Source: Candidatus Woesearchaeota archaeon (lineage in GTDB: Archaea > Nanobdellota > Nanobdellia > Woesearchaeales > 0-14-0-80-44-23). Taken from it: a stretch of 64,000 nt of DNA. The position numbers and the translations under genes are program-made. Below, in pieces: positions 58,834 through 64,000 of this stretch (positions are counted from its first letter, which is position 1; every line of letters starts with the position of its first letter). The notes below the pieces were generated by a model, which saw only the letters and a list, made by a program, of their open reading frames with translations, was not told the DNA's origin and searched no databases. Location of the stretch: contig JAVZCZ010000001.1 in NCBI GenBank assembly GCA_038874135.1, positions 704,001 to 768,000 of the forward strand, written 5' to 3'.

Positions 58834-61800
58834 ATAGCTCCAAATTTTTCAAACTAATAATTTTAGGGTTTATAATAGTGGTAGGTCTCCTAAGCCAGTC
58901 AAAAGCAGACAGCATCCAAGCAGTATATGGCAATACTCAACTCATACTCACAGACAAGCCGCAGTACACTTTGGGAGAAAGTGTAAAGATAAACATACTA
59001 ATCCCAACACAACTGCTTTCAGGAATGAATGTTGAAATAGATACCCCTGCTAGCAGATACCAACTTCTTGATTCAAATCTTTCAGAAGTATACTTCACTC
59101 CACAGCAAGAGGGAAACTATACTATTAAAATATCTTCAGCAGCTGGGAATTTAATATCATCAACTTCTTTTTTAGTACTAAGAAAATCTGAAGTTGAAAT
59201 TCCCTCATCAGATAGCACCAGCCCCAAATTGTCTGCAAAAAACTGGAAGGGAAATTATCAAAAAATACTAAGACAGGAATACCTACCTGCCAACAAGAAG
59301 CTTTCAATAGAATTCTCAGAACTTTCAATACAGAAGATTGATTTTTACAATGTTTCAAATCCGAATGGAGAACTGAAAATAGAAGATGTGCCTCTATCTT
59401 ATGTTGAAAACTTTTCAGGAAGAGCAGCGCGCTCATTTGCAATAGACCCAACTTTATTAGAATTTACTTATGCTGAAATTTACTTTACTGCAACTGCCAA
59501 CGAGCTGTGGAAGTGCCGCGAATACGACTTCTCAACTAGAAGCTGCGCGGGAAGATATGTAAAAATAATGGACACCATTCCGGGCAGGCAGTATATCTTA
59601 CACCTCACCAAAGAGGATCCTCTCTACACAGAAGTATGGAACAATATAACCTGCACCTGCCAGAATACAGGCCCAAATAACGGCTGGGCATACTGCGAGG
59701 TATTCTGTCCGGTCAACATTCCAATACCAACAGACGCTTTAGATGGATTCATTCAGATACTAGGCTATAATGTCACCATCACTACATCCTACCCGGCAGG
59801 CGGGTACATCACGCCTAATTCTGGAATGCACTACGGCTTCTTTGATAGGGACCAGCTGAAAAGCAACGGAAACGAATCCCTAATAGGCTATGTGGCTTAT
59901 GATGGCCCCGGAACAACCACTCAGCTCATATACAACACCAGCATGGCACCGTCTGGAGCATATGCATTTAACAGGGCAAACTGCCCGACTTGGACCTCAG
60001 GATACTGCACCTGGTATGTATTTCTCAACTCAACTGCAAAGAGCAGCAAGGTTAAAAGGCCTGTGACTGTTAATATAACTCTTAATAGCATAAACTGGAC
60101 TTGGAATTATACAACCCCTGCGCCTTCAAACATTACAATAAACCTTACAAGTCCAGCAGACAATACTGCCCTCGGATTTAGAAATGTGAATTTTTCCTAT
60201 ATTCCCATTTCAAGTTCTCCAGTTTCAAACTGCAGCCTTTTTATAAACATTACAGGTAGTTGGAATGCAGTTGCCACAAGCTACTCAATACAAAATAATT
60301 CTGTCAACAGTATAAATTATACTCTTTCTAACGATGGCGAATACCTCTGGAATATCAGGTGTTATGCTGGAGACATCAGCAGTTTTGCACTATACAACAG
60401 AACTCTAATAGTTGATACCGCACCCCCTTCAGTCACACTTCTTTCTCCTAACAATAACTCATTTTCTAACACATCTATAATCTCTTTCATTTACAATGTG
60501 AGTGACAACTTTAACATTGCTAACTGCTCATTAATACTGGACAATGTTCTAGTTGCAACTTCATACGCAGTTACTAAATATGTCCCGCAGAATATTACCT
60601 ACGCGTTATCTAATGGCGTCCACAACTGGAGCATAACTTGTTTTGACTTTGCAGGCAATTTTAACATTTCCGAAAGTAGGATCATAAATATATCCGCAGT
60701 ACCTACCATCTGGGACAGAAGGTGGTATGAAACTTCAACATCAGATTATACCTCTACAGCAAACATTTCTCTCGCAAATTTAAGGGACTCAACAGAAAAT
60801 TCCATATCCGTTTCAGTTCCAGTTTCAACATCTTACACCCTTGTAGATGCGATTTCTCCATACATTGGAAGCAACGGGGCATTCGTTCCCAAAGGCACAA
60901 ATGTATCTTTCAGCGGAGAATTCTCTACCAGCCCAAATGCAAAGGGAGTTATAAGCTGGTTCTTATACCAGACTGAGGGTTCAACAAAAAACCTTCTCTG
61001 TAATTACGGAAATGGCGGCTCGCTAGGCGCACCCATCTCATCAACAACAACTGCAAGCTGCACTATACAAAATGACACTCTAATGCTCCCAACAAATAGA
61101 TTACAACTTATTATAATCTACTATAACAATTTCAAAAATTTAGTGTCTGTAACCCACTATTGGGATGGCACTAGGCTCTCGTTCGTTGAATTTTCAAACT
61201 TTACTACCTTAGGAACATTAAGCGTTGACCTCTCCTATCCAGACACGGATATAACAGTGGGCCAGAACGAACTGTTCAATATGAGCTGCACAGTTAACTG
61301 CTCAGGAGGAAGCTGTCTTAACACACTCGTCTATGCACAGTATAACACGAGCTCAACGGCATTCACCAACATAGGAAGCTCCGGAAATCTCATTCTTAAC
61401 ACTGGAGAGACAAATCCCCATTCTCTCGGGAATATCAACCAGAGCTACACTACAACATTCTTAATAAAAGGAAACCTTGCATCAACAAACAACATAAGAT
61501 GCGTAGCAGTTTCAAACTATTCAAACGCTACAGGCCAGATTATAAGAAGGGTAGTTGTGGGGGACACTACGCCTCCAACAGTAAGTCTTGGAAATCCAGC
61601 AAACTTTTCTTGGCTGAAGAGTAAAACAGTAACAATCTATTACACGCCCTCAGACAACAGCGGAATTACTAACTGTTCAATATACTTGAATGATATTTTG
61701 AATTATACTCTTAATTCAGTTCCGAACGGGATTGAGCAGAACTTCACATTCCATAATCTTTCAGACGGACTTTACAATTGGACTGTAGCATGTACTGACA

Positions 61801-64000
61801 ATTCGGCACTAACTACCAGGGCAGCTGAAAAATGGTTCTATATAGACACACAGAATCCCTCAGTAGAATTGCACCAGCCGGAAAACTTCATAGTTCTAGG
61901 AAGCAGCCTTGTGTTGTTCAACTTCACTGCATATGACGAAATGGCTTTCAACCTATCATGTAACCTGACAGCTGATAATATAATCAGAATTTCCGGCATA
62001 AACTCTCTAAACAGTACACCTACAATAGTTAATTACACCCTTTCTATGGGGCAGCACTACTGGAATGTCACCTGTAGAGACCTTGCAGGAAACATTAACA
62101 CGAGCGAGACTAGAACATTTAATATAACAAACACTCCTCCTGAAGTTACCCTCATCTCCCCTCCTAACAACTACTGGGATAGAATAGGCAACATAACATT
62201 CATATTTAATGCCACAGACACAGGCCTAATTTCAAACTGCTCACTAATAATAAATGGCCAGCTGAACCAGACTAAAAATTCAACTTTCTTAACTAACGGC
62301 ATAAACAACTTTACTATTCTAAATATGGAATCGGGAGTTTATCTTTGGGAAGTAAACTGTACTGATGAGGGAAACCTGAGCACAATAGCAGGACCTTTCA
62401 CGCTAAATGTTGATAAGAGCGTACCTTCTGTTCAGCTCGTATTCCCATCAAACTACTACAACTCCTCAGCTTCCTCTATTGTTCTGCAATTCATAACTAC
62501 AGATGCTCATTCAGCAAACCTCTCCTGCAACTTAACAATTGATGGCATTCTAAATTCAACAGACATAATAGCCCAAAATAATAGTTTAGTCTCACAGCCC
62601 ATAACCTTCTATGATGGAATTCACAATTGGAGTGTCTCCTGCTCTGATCTTGCTGGAAACCTGAATTCTACAAACACCTGGTATTTCAACATTTCAGAAA
62701 AACCTTCAGTATCGCTAAGCAGTCCTGCACCTAACGCCTGGACTAATGGTAATGTCACTTTCACATTTACAGCGTCTGACAATGACGGGCTTTACAACTG
62801 CTCTTTATTAATAAATGGAGCAGTCTATCAAACAAAGAATTCATCGCAACTTACAAATGGCGGACAGAACAACTTCACTGTAACAAATTTGCTTGAAGGA
62901 ATAAACCAGCAGTGGACAGTAATCTGCTTTGATTTGGGAATATACAAGAACTTCTACTCACCATCTACAAGAATATTCCATGTGGATAAAACGCCTCCAG
63001 CAATAACTCTTAACTACCCTGCTGATTCAGCTCAGATAAAACAGAAGAATGTCAGCTTTAATTTCAGCGCCTCAGATAACTTCGCTTCTAACCTCTATTG
63101 CAACCTGTCCATAAACGGCCAGATTAACACTTCTGAAATAGCTGTTCAGTCAGGAAGTTCAGTTATCGTGAATGTTTCAGGATTTCCTAACGGTTTATAC
63201 TACTGGAATGTCTCCTGTAGGGATTATGCTTACAATGTGAACTGGAGCGAGACAAATTCTTTTAATGTTTCAGTTCCTCCAGAGGTGTTTTTAGAATACC
63301 CCCTTGAAGGGCAGTGGGACAATTCTGAGAATGTAACATTTTATTACTTAGTAACATCAAATGCAGAGTTACAGTCATGTTCTCTCATAATTAACGGGCA
63401 GTTAAATCAGACTGACAATTCTCCAGTTAGTTCAGCATACAACAATTTTACCATTTTCCTAATGCCTGAAGGCTATTACACTTGGATGGTAAACTGCACT
63501 GATTCATATTGGCTAACCGGTTCTTCAAATTTGAGGAACCTCACCATTGACAGACAAGCTCCTTGGATAGTGCTAAATTCTCCTTCTAATTCTTCAATTG
63601 TTGACTCTAACTATGTAACATTTAACTGGACTGCTTTTGACATGATGGCAGATAATATAAGCTGTGACCTATACGTAGATGATTATTTAAGAGAATCAGA
63701 AATATATTCTAAAAATGGAACACCTACCACTAGAACATACATATACTCTGACGGCACCTACTATTGGAATGTTTCATGTCGCGACCCTGCCTATAACATT
63801 AATTGGAGCCAAACTTATAATTTCACTGTTGAGGCACCTCCAAATGTCACTCTCATAAGTCCTTCTAACTATAACTGGAGCACCGCTTATAGTATAACTT
63901 TTGCTTACTTACCTCAAGACCCAATAGGGATAAGACAATGCACACTCTACTTTGATGGAAGCCCTAATCAGACTGATTACGACATAGAAGCTAACCAGCT
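58830..64000 (+). CDS. Giant secreted Ig-like repeat surface protein (>1720 aa, truncated by window end), not in ORF track
   Basis: ATGA overlap at 58830; signal peptide MNSSKFFKLIILGFIIVVGLL; repeated D..PP.V.L.SP...F.Y...D...NCSL...W.V.C.D..GN...SE.R units; the same frame reads as this repeat at the window end (FAYLPQDPIGIRQCTLYFDG). Confidence 0.88.
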   Translation, partial: MNSSKFFKLIILGFIIVVGLLSQSKADSIQAVYGNTQLILTDKPQYTLGESVKINILIPTQLLSGMNVEIDTPASRYQLLDSNLSEVYFTPQQEGNYTIKISSAAGNLISSTSFLVLRKSEVEIPSSDSTSPKLSAKNWKGNYQKILRQEYLPANKKLSIEFSELSIQKIDFYNVSNPNGELKIEDVPLSYVENFSGRAARSFAIDPTLLEFTYAEIYFTATANELWKCREYDFSTRSCAGRYVKIMDTIPGRQYILHLTKEDPLYTEVWNNITCTCQNTGPNNGWAYCEVFCPVNIPIPTDALDGFIQILGYNVTITTSYPAGGYITPNSGMHYGFFDRDQLKSNGNESLIGYVAYDGPGTTTQLIYNTSMAPSGAYAFNRANCPTWTSGYCTWYVFLNSTAKSSKVKRPVTVNITLNSINWTWNYTTPAPSNITINLTSPADNTALGFRNVNFSYIPISSSPVSNCSLFINITGSWNAVATSYSIQNNSVNSINYTLSNDGEYLWNIRCYAGDISSFALYNRTLIVDTAPPSVTLLSPNNNSFSNTSIISFIYNVSDNFNIANCSLILDNVLVATSYAVTKYVPQNITYALSNGVHNWSITCFDFAGNFNISESRIINISAVPTIWDRRWYETSTSDYTSTANISLANLRDSTENSISVSVPVSTSYTLVDAISPYIGSNGAFVPKGTNVSFSGEFSTSPNAKGVISWFLYQTEGSTKNLLCNYGNGGSLGAPISSTTTASCTIQNDTLMLPTNRLQLIIIYYNNFKNLVSVTHYWDGTRLSFVEFSNFTTLGTLSVDLSYPDTDITVGQNELFNMSCTVNCSGGSCLNTLVYAQYNTSSTAFTNIGSSGNLILNTGETNPHSLGNINQSYTTTFLIKGNLASTNNIRCVAVSNYSNATGQIIRRVVVGDTTPPTVSLGNPANFSWLKSKTVTIYYTPSDNSGITNCSIYLNDILNYTLNSVPNGIEQNFTFHNLSDGLYNWTVACTDNSALTTRAAEKWFYIDTQNPSVELHQPENFIVLGSSLVLFNFTAYDEMAFNLSCNLTADNIIRISGINSLNSTPTIVNYTLSMGQHYWNVTCRDLAGNINTSETRTFNITNTPPEVTLISPPNNYWDRIGNITFIFNATDTGLISNCSLIINGQLNQTKNSTFLTNGINNFTILNMESGVYLWEVNCTDEGNLSTIAGPFTLNVDKSVPSVQLVFPSNYYNSSASSIVLQFITTDAHSANLSCNLTIDGILNSTDIIAQNNSLVSQPITFYDGIHNWSVSCSDLAGNLNSTNTWYFNISEKPSVSLSSPAPNAWTNGNVTFTFTASDNDGLYNCSLLINGAVYQTKNSSQLTNGGQNNFTVTNLLEGINQQWTVICFDLGIYKNFYSPSTRIFHVDKTPPAITLNYPADSAQIKQKNVSFNFSASDNFASNLYCNLSINGQINTSEIAVQSGSSVIVNVSGFPNGLYYWNVSCRDYAYNVNWSETNSFNVSVPPEVFLEYPLEGQWDNSENVTFYYLVTSNAELQSCSLIINGQLNQTDNSPVSSAYNNFTIFLMPEGYYTWMVNCTDSYWLTGSSNLRNLTIDRQAPWIVLNSPSNSSIVDSNYVTFNWTAFDMMADNISCDLYVDDYLRESEIYSKNGTPTTRTYIYSDGTYYWNVSCRDPAYNINWSQTYNFTVEAPPNVTLISPSNYNWSTAYSITFAYLPQDPIGIRQCTLYFDGSPNQTDYDIEANQ

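Overview
Archaeal genomic window, most likely a DPANN archaeon such as a Woesearchaeote. This is an inference from archaeal MBF1, AK6, AglB, TATA/BRE promoters, an unlinked 5S rRNA and giant Ig-repeat surface proteins. 1-10.9 kb: housekeeping and membrane genes (two GT-C-like proteins, aMBF1, membrane-anchored ArsR-type regulator, ABC exporter, AK6, coiled-coil/wHTH gene carrying 11-bp-phased TGTCCCGGACA repeats, N-terminal Rqc2/NFACT, 5S rRNA). 10.9-38.8 kb: large N-glycosylation/surface-glycan locus (galU, ugd, epimerases, GT2/GT4, methyltransferases, a GDP-heptose pathway packed into two fusion genes, flippase, aglB, wecB) plus a geranylgeranyl reductase-family gene. 39-64 kb: surface-protein region with a Cys-rich protein, S-layer-like proteins, two units each led by a ribbon-helix-helix gene pair and containing an ectodomain-TM-HerA/FtsK-like ATPase, coiled-coil proteins, and a >1700-aa Ig-repeat protein running off the window. 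Three signals stand out. (1) Three sharply bounded, in-frame islands of about 80-85% G+T coincide with apparently identical repeats: 1156 bp shared by the two ATPase genes, whose ectodomains are otherwise highly diverged, and 207 bp duplicated inside the Cys-rich gene. This suggests strand-biased gene conversion. (2) A candidate envelope-spanning ATPase/adhesin apparatus. (3) Iteron-like repeats inside and just downstream of a wHTH gene. All functional calls come from motif recognition by eye; no database searches were run.
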